Shown: one piece after another, positions 11,464-20,440 of the stretch | How the letters are laid out: the number at the start of each line of letters is the position of its first letter | How positions within the stretch are numbered: position 1 is the stretch's first letter | From: Bacteroidales bacterium | GTDB lineage: Bacteria > Bacteroidota > Bacteroidia > Bacteroidales > WCHB1-69 | Direction of reading: 5' to 3' | NCBI GenBank assembly: GCA_045116675.1 | Contig: JBGUMF010000004.1 | Location: 1-63,780, forward strand | DNA length: 63,780 bases | Program-made: the position numbers and the translations under genes | The notes under the pieces: generated by a model | Told to the model about the DNA's origin: nothing | The model's database searches: none | Seen by the model: the letters and a program-made list of their open reading frames with translations, nothing else

Positions 11464-12411
11464 CTACCGGCTCTGAAGCCACTGCATCACATTCTGGTAA
11501 ATCCGATCGGCGGCATTTTCGGTGTCAGCCGGCACGAATTTCTCCCCGGTGATGTTTTCATACAATTCTATATAACGTTCCGTGATGCCGCTCACCACTT
11601 CGGGGGTCATCTCCGGCACCTGCTGGCCCTCTTGGCCTTGGAAACCGTTGGCCATCAGCCACTCACGCACAAACTCCTTTGACAACTGCTTTTGAGGTTT
11701 GCCTTGGGCGAAATTCTCCTCGTATCCTTTCGCATAGAAATAACGGGAAGAGTCGGGCGTGTGGATTTCGTCGATGAGGTAGATCTTGTCGCCGGCTTTG
11801 CCGAACTCGTATTTGGTGTCCACCAAGATGAGACCCTGTTTGGCAGCCATCTCGGTGCCGCGCTGGAAGAGCTTCATGGTGTAATCTTCAATAATGGCAT
11901 AATCTTCCGGGCTAACAAGACCCTTAGCCAGGATTTCCTCCTTGGAGATATCAGCGTCATGTTCGCCCTGTTCAGCCTTGGTGGTAGGGGTGATAATGGG
12001 CGTGGGGAATTTCTGGTTCTCGCGCATCCCTTCGGGCAGGATGTTTCCGCACAGGTTGCGACCGCCATTCTTGTAGAAACGCCAGGCACTGCCGCACAGA
12101 TAGCCGCGCACAATCATCTCCACCGGAAAACCTTGACAAAGAACACCCACCGTCACCATAGGGTCAGGGGTGGCTAACTTCCAGTTGGGGCAGATGTCGG
12201 CGGTGGCATCTAAAAAACGGGCGGCGATCTGATTCAGAATCTGACCCTTGCAGGGAATACCCTTGGGCAGGATGACGTCAAAGGCGGAAATGCGGTCGGA
12301 TGCAACCATGGCCAGCACCTCATTATTAATATTGTACACATCGCGGACCTTGCCGTGATAAACACTTTTCTGATTCGGGAAATTGAATTCTGTATGGGTA
12401 ATAGCTGCCAT
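11464..12411 (-). CDS. purC: phosphoribosylaminoimidazole-succinocarboxamide (SAICAR) synthase
   Basis: 315 aa, long-type PurC (YHGKVRDVY..., [23 protein letters not shown]). Confidence 0.9.
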   Translation of the reverse strand: MAAITHTEFNFPNQKSVYHGKVRDVYNINNEVLAMVASDRISAFDVILPKGIPCKGQILNQIAARFLDATADICPNWKLATPDPMVTVGVLCQGFPVEMIVRGYLCGSAWRFYKNGGRNLCGNILPEGMRENQKFPTPIITPTTKAEQGEHDADISKEEILAKGLVSPEDYAIIEDYTMKLFQRGTEMAAKQGLILVDTKYEFGKAGDKIYLIDEIHTPDSSRYFYAKGYEENFAQGKPQKQLSKEFVREWLMANGFQGQEGQQVPEMTPEVVSGITERYIELYENITGEKFVPADTENAADRIYQNVMQWLQSR

Positions 12412-12433
12412 TGTGTAAGGATTTTAAAGACGG

Positions 12434-12467
12434 GCGCAAAGATACGATTAAAATTGTATCTTTGCGC
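12434..12467. promoter_or_regulatory. palindromic divergent promoter pair for purC and alaS
   Basis: gcgcaaagatac (12434-12445) and gtatctttgcgc (12456-12467) are perfect inverted repeats. Each arm presents TATCTTTG to its own gene (boxes at 12437-12444 on minus and 12457-12464 on plus), about 24-25 nt from each ATG. Confidence 0.55.
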
Positions 12468-12487
12468 CTCTTAAAACCAGCAATTTT

Positions 12488-15091
12488 ATGACTTCTTCCG
12501 AAATTCGCAACGCATTTTTGCAATTCTTTAATTCCAAAGAACATACCATCGTTCCTTCCGCCCCGATGGTCATCAAAAACGACCCTACGCTGATGTTCAC
12601 CAATGCCGGTATGAACCAGTTCAAGGACATCTTTTTAGGGAATCAGAAGCCGGAACATCCCCGCGTGGCCGACTCGCAGAAGTGTCTGCGCGTGTCGGGC
12701 AAACACAACGACCTGGAAGAGGTGGGCCGCGACACGTACCACCACACCATGTTTGAGATGCTCGGCAACTGGTCGTTTGGCGATTATTTCAAAAAAGAGG
12801 CTATCGCCTATGCGTGGGAGTTTCTCACCGAGGTGATGAAATTGGATAAAAACCGCCTGTATGCCACTGTCTTCCAAGGCGATGAGAAAGACGGCACCGA
12901 ATTTGACCAGGAGGCTTACGACTTCTGGAAGGAACATCTTCCCGAAGACCGCATCCTGAAAGGCAACAAGAAAGACAACTTCTGGGAGATGGGCGACACC
13001 GGCCCGTGCGGCCCTTGTTCGGAAATCCACATCGACCTGCGTGATGACAGCGAGCGGGCCAAGGTGCCCGGCCATGAGTTGGTCAACAAGGACAACCCAC
13101 TGGTGATTGAGATTTGGAACCTCGTGTTCATGCAGTTCAACCGTGTGGCCTCCGGCGAGCTTAAACCACTGGCAGCCAAGCACGTGGATACCGGTATGGG
13201 CTTCGAGCGCCTCTGCATGGCGGTGCAGAACAAGAAATCAAACTATGATACGGACGTGTTTCAGCCTATCATCCAAAAGATTGCTGTCAGTGCCAACGTC
13301 CGCTATGGTGACAAGACGGAGACGGACATTGCCTTGCGCGTGGTGGCCGACCACCTGCGGGCCGTGAGCTTCGCCATCGCCGACGGCCAGCTGCCCTCCA
13401 ACACGGGAGCCGGCTACGTCATCCGCCGCATTCTCCGCCGCTCCATCCGCTACGGCTTCACCTTCTTGGGCTTCAAGGATCCCTTCATGTACAGCCTCGT
13501 CCCGGACCTCGTGGCCCAGATGGGACATCAGTTCCCCGAACTGCAACGGCAGCAGGAACTTATCCAACGCATCATGCTGGAGGAAGAGCAATCTTTCCTG
13601 AAGACCTTGGCCAAGGGCATCAACCGTTTTGAAGAGTATGTGGCCAAGTCCAACAGCGACCAAATTGACGGCGACTTCGCCTTCGAATTGTTCGACACCT
13701 ACGGCTTCCCCGTGGACCTCACCCAGCTGCTGGCTTCTGAAAAGGGCAAAAATGTGGATATGGAAGGCTTCCAACGCGGCCTGCAACAACAAAAGGAACG
13801 CTCACGCGCCGCCGCCGCTGTCACTACTGACGACTGGGTGGAGCTGATCCATACGGACACCCCGACCCAATTCGTTGGCTATCACGAAAATCAGTGCGAA
13901 TGTCGCGTGGTCAAATACCGGAAAGTGTCGGCCAAGGGCAAGACCTATTTCCAGGTGGTGCTGGACAAAACGCCCTTCTATGCCGAATCCGGCGGTCAGG
14001 TGGGCGACACCGGAATCTTGGAGGGTGTGAATGACGCCGTTGAGGTTTATAATACCACCAAAGAGAACAATCTGACCATTCATCACACGACCCGTCTGCC
14101 CGAAAACATGGAGGCTCCGCTGACCGCCAGGATCGATGTGGTCAAGCGCCAGATGACGGCCAACAACCACTCGGCCACACACTTGCTGGACCATGCGTTG
14201 CGGGCAGTCCTCGGCACCCATGTGGAGCAGAAGGGTTCGATGGTGGCTTCCGAGCGCCTTCGTTTCGACTTCTCGCATTTTGCCAAGATGACCGAGGAGG
14301 AAATCATCCAAACCGAAAAGATGGTTAACGCATTGATTCGTAAGAATCTGCCATTGCAAGAGCATGTGGACATTCCTATTGAGGAGGCCCGTGCCAAAGG
14401 AGCTATCGCCTTGTTTGGCGAGAAATATGGTAAGTTCGTGCGGGTAATCCAGTTCGGCGATGCCGTGGAGTTGTGCGGAGGCACGCACACGTCCGCCACC
14501 GGTAACATCGGGTTCTTCAAGATTTTGTCAGAAGGGGCCGTGGCCGCTGGCGTGCGCCGTATCGAGGCCGTCACTGGCACCGCCGCAGAGGCTATCGTGT
14601 ATGCCAACCAGGACCTCATCAAGCATATCAAGGAGATGCTCGGTTCCAACAACCTCGAACAAGCTATCCAGAAACTCACCAACGACAATCAGCAATTTCG
14701 TCATAAGATCGAAGGTTTTGAAAAACAGAAAGTTTTGGATTTTTGCAAGGAATCCGAACAGGCGGCCCAATACATCAATGGCATTCAGGTGATTGCACAA
14801 ACGACTACGTTTAGTCCTGACATCCTGCGTAATGCGGCTTTCATGTTGCGCATGAGACCCAACCGTATCGTGGTGTTTGGCAGTGTGTTTGACAACAAGC
14901 CGAATTTGGCGGTGGCGGTTTCCGACGATCTGGTAGGCCGCTTTGAGGCCCCGAAGCTGGTGCGTGCTGCCGGCAAGCTTATCCAAGGCGGTGGCGGCGG
15001 ACAACCCACGCTCTCCATGGCGGGCGGCAAGAACCCCGCCGGCGTGCCTGATGCCGTTCAAGAGGTGCTCCGCCTTATTGAGGAAGGCTAA
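12488..15091 (+). CDS. alaS: alanine--tRNA ligase
   Basis: 867 aa. Class II core (FTNAGMNQFK), editing-domain zinc motifs (HSATHLL, CGGTH) and a C-terminal DHHA1-like tail. Confidence 0.97.
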   Translation: MTSSEIRNAFLQFFNSKEHTIVPSAPMVIKNDPTLMFTNAGMNQFKDIFLGNQKPEHPRVADSQKCLRVSGKHNDLEEVGRDTYHHTMFEMLGNWSFGDYFKKEAIAYAWEFLTEVMKLDKNRLYATVFQGDEKDGTEFDQEAYDFWKEHLPEDRILKGNKKDNFWEMGDTGPCGPCSEIHIDLRDDSERAKVPGHELVNKDNPLVIEIWNLVFMQFNRVASGELKPLAAKHVDTGMGFERLCMAVQNKKSNYDTDVFQPIIQKIAVSANVRYGDKTETDIALRVVADHLRAVSFAIADGQLPSNTGAGYVIRRILRRSIRYGFTFLGFKDPFMYSLVPDLVAQMGHQFPELQRQQELIQRIMLEEEQSFLKTLAKGINRFEEYVAKSNSDQIDGDFAFELFDTYGFPVDLTQLLASEKGKNVDMEGFQRGLQQQKERSRAAAAVTTDDWVELIHTDTPTQFVGYHENQCECRVVKYRKVSAKGKTYFQVVLDKTPFYAESGGQVGDTGILEGVNDAVEVYNTTKENNLTIHHTTRLPENMEAPLTARIDVVKRQMTANNHSATHLLDHALRAVLGTHVEQKGSMVASERLRFDFSHFAKMTEEEIIQTEKMVNALIRKNLPLQEHVDIPIEEARAKGAIALFGEKYGKFVRVIQFGDAVELCGGTHTSATGNIGFFKILSEGAVAAGVRRIEAVTGTAAEAIVYANQDLIKHIKEMLGSNNLEQAIQKLTNDNQQFRHKIEGFEKQKVLDFCKESEQAAQYINGIQVIAQTTTFSPDILRNAAFMLRMRPNRIVVFGSVFDNKPNLAVAVSDDLVGRFEAPKLVRAAGKLIQGGGGGQPTLSMAGGKNPAGVPDAVQEVLRLIEEG

Positions 15092-15650
15092 AGAGATAAG
15101 CCATATCCACATCGTTCAACAGCTCCATCCCGCGCTCCGTGAGCAAAGGAAGAAGCAGGTAACGGATTATCTGGTCCTGATTCAAGCCCAAATCCTCTTC
15201 CACACATACATTGTGCAGGAAAAAGGTGGAATATAGGGGAATATTGATGTCCTCCTGGAAATGATATTGCCGTATTCCCTTTTGAATCAATGTGCTCAAA
15301 ATGCTCATAAAGGGAGAGTCGTCCGAGGTGAAAAGCTTGTGCTGCAGCGCATACTGAAAAAAGGTCTCTTCGGTTTTCCGGATGTTGCGCATCTCCCATA
15401 TAAACAGAAGCAGCTCCTCCACCGGATGGTTACATTCCAGACTTTTTTCACGAATGCGATCCTGAATGCACGTGTGCCAGAACTGCCGTGCAATCTCCAC
15501 CGATTGGGCCTTCCCCTCATAACGGTTGAAAAAGGTTTTACGGCTGATGCCCATGGCGGCCACAATCTCATCGGTTGTATGGTCAAAACCGTTTTTAAGA
15601 TAATAATGGAAAATATCGAATGTCTTCTGTTGATTCAGTGGTCGCTTCAT
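15075..15650 (-). CDS. TetR/AcrR-family transcriptional regulator
   Basis: 191 aa. N-terminal HTH (TTDEIVAAMGISRKTFFNRY). The 3' end overlaps the alaS 3' end by 17 nt (convergent). Confidence 0.6.
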   Translation of the reverse strand: MKRPLNQQKTFDIFHYYLKNGFDHTTDEIVAAMGISRKTFFNRYEGKAQSVEIARQFWHTCIQDRIREKSLECNHPVEELLLFIWEMRNIRKTEETFFQYALQHKLFTSDDSPFMSILSTLIQKGIRQYHFQEDINIPLYSTFFLHNVCVEEDLGLNQDQIIRYLLLPLLTERGMELLNDVDMAYLFSLPQ

Positions 15651-15661
15651 GGATAATGTCG

Positions 15662-16657
15662 TTAGTTGGATTTTGAAAGATGTTCCACCACCTCAGATTC
15701 CACCATGCTGCGGATATCAACAGCCTTAATCTGTTTCCCGTCATGTACATACAGGAAGGTTGGAAATTGGCCGTTCACCACCTCAATAGCGGTGAAGGGG
15801 TCAATGGTGACATACCGGAAATGTGTGGCACCGCTCTCCTCCTTGAATTTTTGGATGCTCTCATCTTTACCCCAGATGAAAAAGATAACCTTGTTGGTGT
15901 CCAAATGGTTGTTTTCAACGATGGAATTGAGTTTTTTACCGCTGGTTTTGCAATATTTACATCCGGCAGCCACATAACCTAAGACATAATTGCCTTCATC
16001 AATATCCAAGGATAATGCGATGGTGTCCTGCATGAATTCCTCGAAACGGGGTTCGTTGATGGTTTGCCCGTCGCGGTCAAAAAGATTCCAGACGGAGTCC
16101 ATGGGGAACAAGCCAAAGGGTGCGGCGAAGGCGGCTACGGCCAGCACAATCCCGACGGCTTTCCAGCCTTTGAATCGGGCGGGTTCATCTTTCCGTATCA
16201 GCAGCATCAACGCCATGGTTATGATGTTCTTGAGGATGGACCAGGTAGGATTCAGCTCCACTAAATCACCCATACAATGGCAGTTGGTATCCTGCCGGAA
16301 AAGAGCCACATAAATCAGAAGGAAGGTGAAACCCGCCAGCATAGCCATAGTCGTCCACCATACCGGTTTGTACAGGATTTTCAAGATGAGAAAGGCCCCC
16401 AGCAACAATTCGGCCATAATGACCAAGCGCGCCACTATAGTGCATAACAGATAGTTGAAGAGATGAAAACTGTATATGTACAGTTCGAAACTGTCGATAG
16501 AGAGCAGTTTCAAGATGCCCGTGGTGATTAAAAAGGCTCCTAACAACAGGCGAAGCACTGTTTTCAGCACGCGCACCGGCTGCCAGCGACGGGTAACCTC
16601 TTCGGGTTGGCTGTTATTGCCATATTCTGTTATGGGTTCTTGGATAATTTCATTCAT
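15662..16657 (-). CDS. MauE/DoxX-type membrane domain fused to a thioredoxin-like domain
   Basis: The N-terminal half has 4-5 TMs ending in the CxC motif TNCHCMG. The C-terminal soluble domain has CxxC (AAGCKYCKTSG). The ORF-track start at 16669 is a TTG, so I prefer the ATG at 16657 (MNEIIQ...). Confidence 0.6.
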   Translation of the reverse strand: MNEIIQEPITEYGNNSQPEEVTRRWQPVRVLKTVLRLLLGAFLITTGILKLLSIDSFELYIYSFHLFNYLLCTIVARLVIMAELLLGAFLILKILYKPVWWTTMAMLAGFTFLLIYVALFRQDTNCHCMGDLVELNPTWSILKNIITMALMLLIRKDEPARFKGWKAVGIVLAVAAFAAPFGLFPMDSVWNLFDRDGQTINEPRFEEFMQDTIALSLDIDEGNYVLGYVAAGCKYCKTSGKKLNSIVENNHLDTNKVIFFIWGKDESIQKFKEESGATHFRYVTIDPFTAIEVVNGQFPTFLYVHDGKQIKAVDIRSMVESEVVEHLSKSN

Positions 16658-16661
16658 AGCT

Positions 16662-18407
16662 TCAGTCAATATCTGGTTCTATTCCTTTGGGGATGGCCCC
16701 AATCAGTTTCTTGGTGTAATCCGTCTGCGGATGGTCGCAGATGGTGTCGGCATTATCCATTTCCACGATGCGGCCGTTCTGCATGACGGCAATCCGGTCC
16801 GACATGAAGCGGACCACAGAGAGGTCATGCGAGATGAAAATGTATGTGAAGTGGTATTCCTGCTTCAACTCGTTCAGCAGATTCAGCACTTGGGCCTGTA
16901 CGGACACATCGAGGGCGGAGACCGATTCATCACAGATGATGAAGCGCGGATTGACAGCCAGGGCGCGGGCAATGGAAATACGCTGGCGCTGGCCGCCGGA
17001 GAACTCGTGCGGATAGCGGTAAAAGTGCGACTCGTTGAGGTTTACCCGTTCCAGCAGGGCGATGGCTTTCGCACGCCGCTCCTTGTCATTTTGGCCAATG
17101 CCGTGCACCCGCATAGGCTCAATGAGCGCATCGCCAACAGTAAGTCTCTGGTTCAACGATGAATATGGATCTTGCAAGATAATCTGCAATTCCTTGCGCA
17201 TACGACGCATATCGGCACTGTTGAGGCTCATCAGGTTGGTGCCGCGGTAATGGACCTCCCCGGAGGTAGCCTCTATCAGCCGAATCATGCAGCGTCCTAA
17301 AGTGGTTTTGCCGCAACCGGATTCGCCTACCAGTCCGAGCGTTTCTCCCTCATAAACATCGAAGGTGATGTTCTCCAATGCCTGCACATATTGTCGTTTT
17401 TCAAATAGCTTCCGTTTGCGCACAGGGTACAGTTTGGAGATATTGCGAACGGAAATCATCGGCTTTTCGGCATACAGTTTCGCATGGAAAGACTGCCGTT
17501 CTTCCGTGGACACACATAATTTATCGAAGGTTTCGCGAATGCCCTCCTGCCTGTGCTGCATGAAGTCGTCCACGGTGGGCAGCTGGCGCAGGCGCACGCG
17601 CATAGAGGGTCTGCACGCCAGAAGCCCTTGTGTGTAAGGATGTTTTGGATTTAAAAACAGGTCCCTTACAGAGCCTTCTTCCACAATGTTCCCCTTGTAC
17701 ATCACCAGCACACGGTCGGCGATTTCCGCTACCACGCCTAAATCATGGGTTATGAAGAGGACACTCATGCCGTATTTGGCTTGCAGCTTGCGGATGAGTT
17801 CGAGGATGCCCTTCTGCACGGTCACGTCTAAGGCGGTGGTCGGCTCGTCGGCAATCAGCAGGTCGGGTTGGCAGCTCATGGCCATGGCGATCATCACGCG
17901 CTGCTTCTGCCCGCCGGAAAGCTCATGCGGGTAGGAATCGAAAATCTGCTCTGGGCGCGGGAGCATCACCTCCTTGAAGAGCTCGATGACGTGTTGGCGG
18001 GCGGCCTCCTTGTCCATACGGGTGTGCAAAAGCATCTGCTCCGTGATCTGCTGCCCGCACCGGATAACCGGGTTTAGCGAGGTCATCGGCTCTTGGAAAA
18101 TCATGGCGATCTTGTTGCCCCGGATACGCTCCATCTCATTTTCCGCGCAGCGCAACAGGTTGACTGTCGTGTCGGGCTGGGCAGGGTCGTGGAACAGGAT
18201 CTGCCCGTCGGGGTAGCGTGCGATGGAGGCGTTGAGCAGACGCATCACCGACAGCGCCGTCACCGACTTGCCGGATCCCGATTCGCCCACCACACCAAGG
18301 GTCTCGCCCCGTCCGATGTGGAACGAAAGCCCGTGAAGAATGGGATTCCATTCCTCATCTCGCTTCATCTCCAGCGCCAGATTCGTGATTTCGAGCAACT
18401 TTTCCAT
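16662..18407 (-). CDS. ABC transporter ATP-binding protein with two fused ATPase domains (Dpp/Opp/YejF-like)
   Basis: Two Walker A motifs ([16 protein letters not shown]) and two signature motifs ([16 protein letters not shown]). Start set at the ATG at 18407 ([10 protein letters not shown]...). The longer ORF runs through a terminator and a tRNA gene. Confidence 0.9.
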   Translation of the reverse strand: MEKLLEITNLALEMKRDEEWNPILHGLSFHIGRGETLGVVGESGSGKSVTALSVMRLLNASIARYPDGQILFHDPAQPDTTVNLLRCAENEMERIRGNKIAMIFQEPMTSLNPVIRCGQQITEQMLLHTRMDKEAARQHVIELFKEVMLPRPEQIFDSYPHELSGGQKQRVMIAMAMSCQPDLLIADEPTTALDVTVQKGILELIRKLQAKYGMSVLFITHDLGVVAEIADRVLVMYKGNIVEEGSVRDLFLNPKHPYTQGLLACRPSMRVRLRQLPTVDDFMQHRQEGIRETFDKLCVSTEERQSFHAKLYAEKPMISVRNISKLYPVRKRKLFEKRQYVQALENITFDVYEGETLGLVGESGCGKTTLGRCMIRLIEATSGEVHYRGTNLMSLNSADMRRMRKELQIILQDPYSSLNQRLTVGDALIEPMRVHGIGQNDKERRAKAIALLERVNLNESHFYRYPHEFSGGQRQRISIARALAVNPRFIICDESVSALDVSVQAQVLNLLNELKQEYHFTYIFISHDLSVVRFMSDRIAVMQNGRIVEMDNADTICDHPQTDYTKKLIGAIPKGIEPDID

Positions 18408-18415
18408 AGAAAGCG

Positions 18416-18423
18416 CAAAAGTA
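18416..18423 (-). promoter_or_regulatory. -7 promoter box (TACTTTTG) for the ABC ATPase operon
   Basis: Exact TAnnTTTG only 9 nt upstream of the ATG at 18407. This implies a very short or absent leader. Confidence 0.4.
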
Positions 18424-18451
18424 CAAAAAACATTTGGTTTGCAACGGGCAT

Positions 18452-18481
18452 AAAAAAACAGGCAGCAAATCTGCTGCCTGT
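18452..18481 (-). terminator. rho-independent terminator of tRNA-Lys
   Basis: 10-bp stem acaggcagca/tgctgcctgt with a 4-nt loop, followed on the minus strand by T7. It begins 2 nt after the tRNA 3' end. Confidence 0.8.
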
Positions 18482-18482
18482 C

Positions 18483-18558
18483 TGGTGTCTCAGCTGGGAT
18501 TCGAACCCAGGACCCCATCCTTAAAAGGGATGTGCTCTACCTGCTGAGCTACTGGGAC
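18483..18558 (-). tRNA. tRNA-Lys (anticodon UUU), CCA encoded
   Basis: A 76-nt cloverleaf folded by hand. D stem is GCTC/GAGC, anticodon stem CATCC/GGATG, loop CTTTTAA, T arm CTGGG-TTCGAAT-CCCAG, discriminator A plus CCA. There is one C4:A69 mismatch in the acceptor stem. Confidence 0.9.
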
Positions 18559-18580
18559 ATCCTTTCGCTTTTAGCGGCTG

Positions 18581-18588
18581 CAAAAGTA
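18581..18588 (-). promoter_or_regulatory. -7 promoter box (TACTTTTG) for tRNA-Lys
   Basis: Exact TAnnTTTG, 22 nt upstream of the tRNA 5' end. Confidence 0.45.
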
Positions 18589-18887
18589 CGATTTTTTCAT
18601 TACACTCTATCCATTCCCTTTATTTTTTTTGCTGTAATATTATATTTTATTGATAATCATTATGTTAATTATAATTTTAAATAAAAACGAAAAAACAACC
18701 ATAACGACAGAGTTTTTTCTATATTTGTGTTTTAACATACTGAATACAAATATGTTAAAAACAAAGTTCTATTTTTTGCACCCGATTGTAGGGAAACAGG
18801 GCATTTGTGTTGGAGATAAGTCGGAAAATGTATTTTTTCAAACAAATGACACTGAAAAACTGCAATCATAAAAGTCTCTTAAAACAG

Positions 18888-19127
18888 ATGAAAAAACTAA
18901 TCCTTACTCCGAAAAAAGACACATTAACCATTTGCCTGCCGCCGGACTGGGTGGGCAAACCGCTTGTCTGTATTTTGAAGGACCCGGACGAACAGGATGA
19001 GGGGATGATCTCGTATGTGAGTGATGTGTCCATCGGCTACCAGGCGGAACGTTACCGATGGGCCAAGCGGGGGCGCCGTCCCCGCCGTCATCGTTTGCGT
19101 AAAAAGAGTGTTGATGTGATTCTCTAA
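18888..19127 (+). CDS. small hypothetical protein (79 aa), weakly supported
   Basis: ATG at 18888 ([30 protein letters not shown]...) with a basic C-terminus. It lies at the edge of an AT-rich spacer and overlaps the folE stop by 4 nt (convergent). No family recognised. Confidence 0.25.
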   Translation: MKKLILTPKKDTLTICLPPDWVGKPLVCILKDPDEQDEGMISYVSDVSIGYQAERYRWAKRGRRPRRHRLRKKSVDVIL

Positions 19128-19735
19128 TGCAGGTCGGCTCCGATGAGGTGCATGAATTCCTGGCGGGTGTTCTCGTTTTTCAGGAAGGCCCCGGTAAATT
19201 CCGATGTGGTAGTCACGGAGTTCTGCTTCTGGATGCCCCGCATAGACATACAGAGGTGCTGGGCTTCGATGACGACGGCCACGCCCAGGGGGTTCAGTAC
19301 CTCCTGGAGGCAGTCTTTGATCTGGGTGGTGAGGCGTTCCTGCAGTTGCAGACGGCGGGCGAAACACTCCACCACACGGGGGATCTTGCTCAACCCCACG
19401 ATGGTGCCGTTGGGGATGTATCCGATGTGCGCTTTCCCGAAGAAGGGCAGCAGATGATGCTCGCACATCGAGTATATTTCAATGTCTTTCACCACCACAA
19501 TCTGCTTGTAATCCTCATGAAACAAGGCACTTTTAAGAATGGCTTTGGGGTCCAGGCGATAGCCGTGGGTGAGGAAGTCAAGGGATTTGGCGGCCCGCAT
19601 CGGCGTCTTGATGAGGCCTTCCCGCTGGGGGTCTTCGCCAATGTTTTGCAAGAGTGAGCGATAGCTGTCGGAGAGCGCCGTCAGCTGATCTTCCGATAGT
19701 TTGGGTATCACATTGATGGAGTCTGTGATTTTCAT
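19124..19735 (-). CDS. folE: GTP cyclohydrolase I
   Basis: 203 aa with the FolE active-site block [19 protein letters not shown]. Confidence 0.9.
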   Translation of the reverse strand: MKITDSINVIPKLSEDQLTALSDSYRSLLQNIGEDPQREGLIKTPMRAAKSLDFLTHGYRLDPKAILKSALFHEDYKQIVVVKDIEIYSMCEHHLLPFFGKAHIGYIPNGTIVGLSKIPRVVECFARRLQLQERLTTQIKDCLQEVLNPLGVAVVIEAQHLCMSMRGIQKQNSVTTTSEFTGAFLKNENTRQEFMHLIGADLH

Positions 19736-19740
19736 ATTCT

Positions 19741-20439
19741 TTATACTAAATAAGGATTATACAGTTTCTCGTTGCCGACCGTGGTGAGACCGCCGTGGCC
19801 GGGGTAAATGTTCGTCTCGTCCGGGAGGGTGAGGATTTTGGTTTTGATCATCTCAATCAGCAGACGTCCGTTGCCGGTGGGCAGGTCGCTGCGCCCCACG
19901 CTACCCTCGAAAATCAGATCGCCGCAGATCACGTACCCGTTAGCGGCATCGTAGAGGGAAATGCTGCCGTCGCAGTGGCCCGGCGTGTACAGCACTTGCA
20001 GCGTCTGCTTGCCGAAACGCACCTCGTCACCCTCGTGCAGATAACGGTCCGGCTGCGGCATCTCATCGACCGAAAGCCCGAACGCCATCGCGTAGGCGTA
20101 CGACTTGTTGTAGATGGGCATCCCTGCCTCGTGACACCAGACAGGCGCCCCAAACGTACGGTGGCACCAATTGTTGCCGGCAATGTGGTCGATGTGCGGG
20201 TGCGTGTTCACGATGGCCTTGACAGTCAGCTTGTGCTGCCGGACGAACTCTTCCAGTTGGGCATCTTCATACGACTGGCAGTTGCCCGGATCCACAAGGA
20301 TAGCTTCGCCCGTGCCGTCATACAACACCAATGTATTGACTTGTATGGGGTTGAAATGGAATATCCGTATGTTGATGTTTTCCATGTTCTGGTTTAACGC
20401 GTTCATGAATTCCGAAATCGAGATGTGTTTCTTCCCCAT
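19741..20439 (-). CDS. MBL-fold metallo-hydrolase (glyoxalase II-like)
   Basis: HxHxDH motif ([13 protein letters not shown]). Start set at the ATG at 20439 (MGKKHISI...), directly after the stop of the upstream gene. Confidence 0.8.
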   Translation of the reverse strand: MGKKHISISEFMNALNQNMENINIRIFHFNPIQVNTLVLYDGTGEAILVDPGNCQSYEDAQLEEFVRQHKLTVKAIVNTHPHIDHIAGNNWCHRTFGAPVWCHEAGMPIYNKSYAYAMAFGLSVDEMPQPDRYLHEGDEVRFGKQTLQVLYTPGHCDGSISLYDAANGYVICGDLIFEGSVGRSDLPTGNGRLLIEMIKTKILTLPDETNIYPGHGGLTTVGNEKLYNPYLV

Positions 20440-20440
20440 G

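Noticed and set aside
18408-18518. N-terminal extension of the ABC ATPase ORF (ORF track 16662-18518).
   Set aside because: The extension reads through a -7 box, an intrinsic terminator and the 3' half of tRNA-Lys. The canonical ABC N-terminus ([10 protein letters not shown]) starts at 18407.
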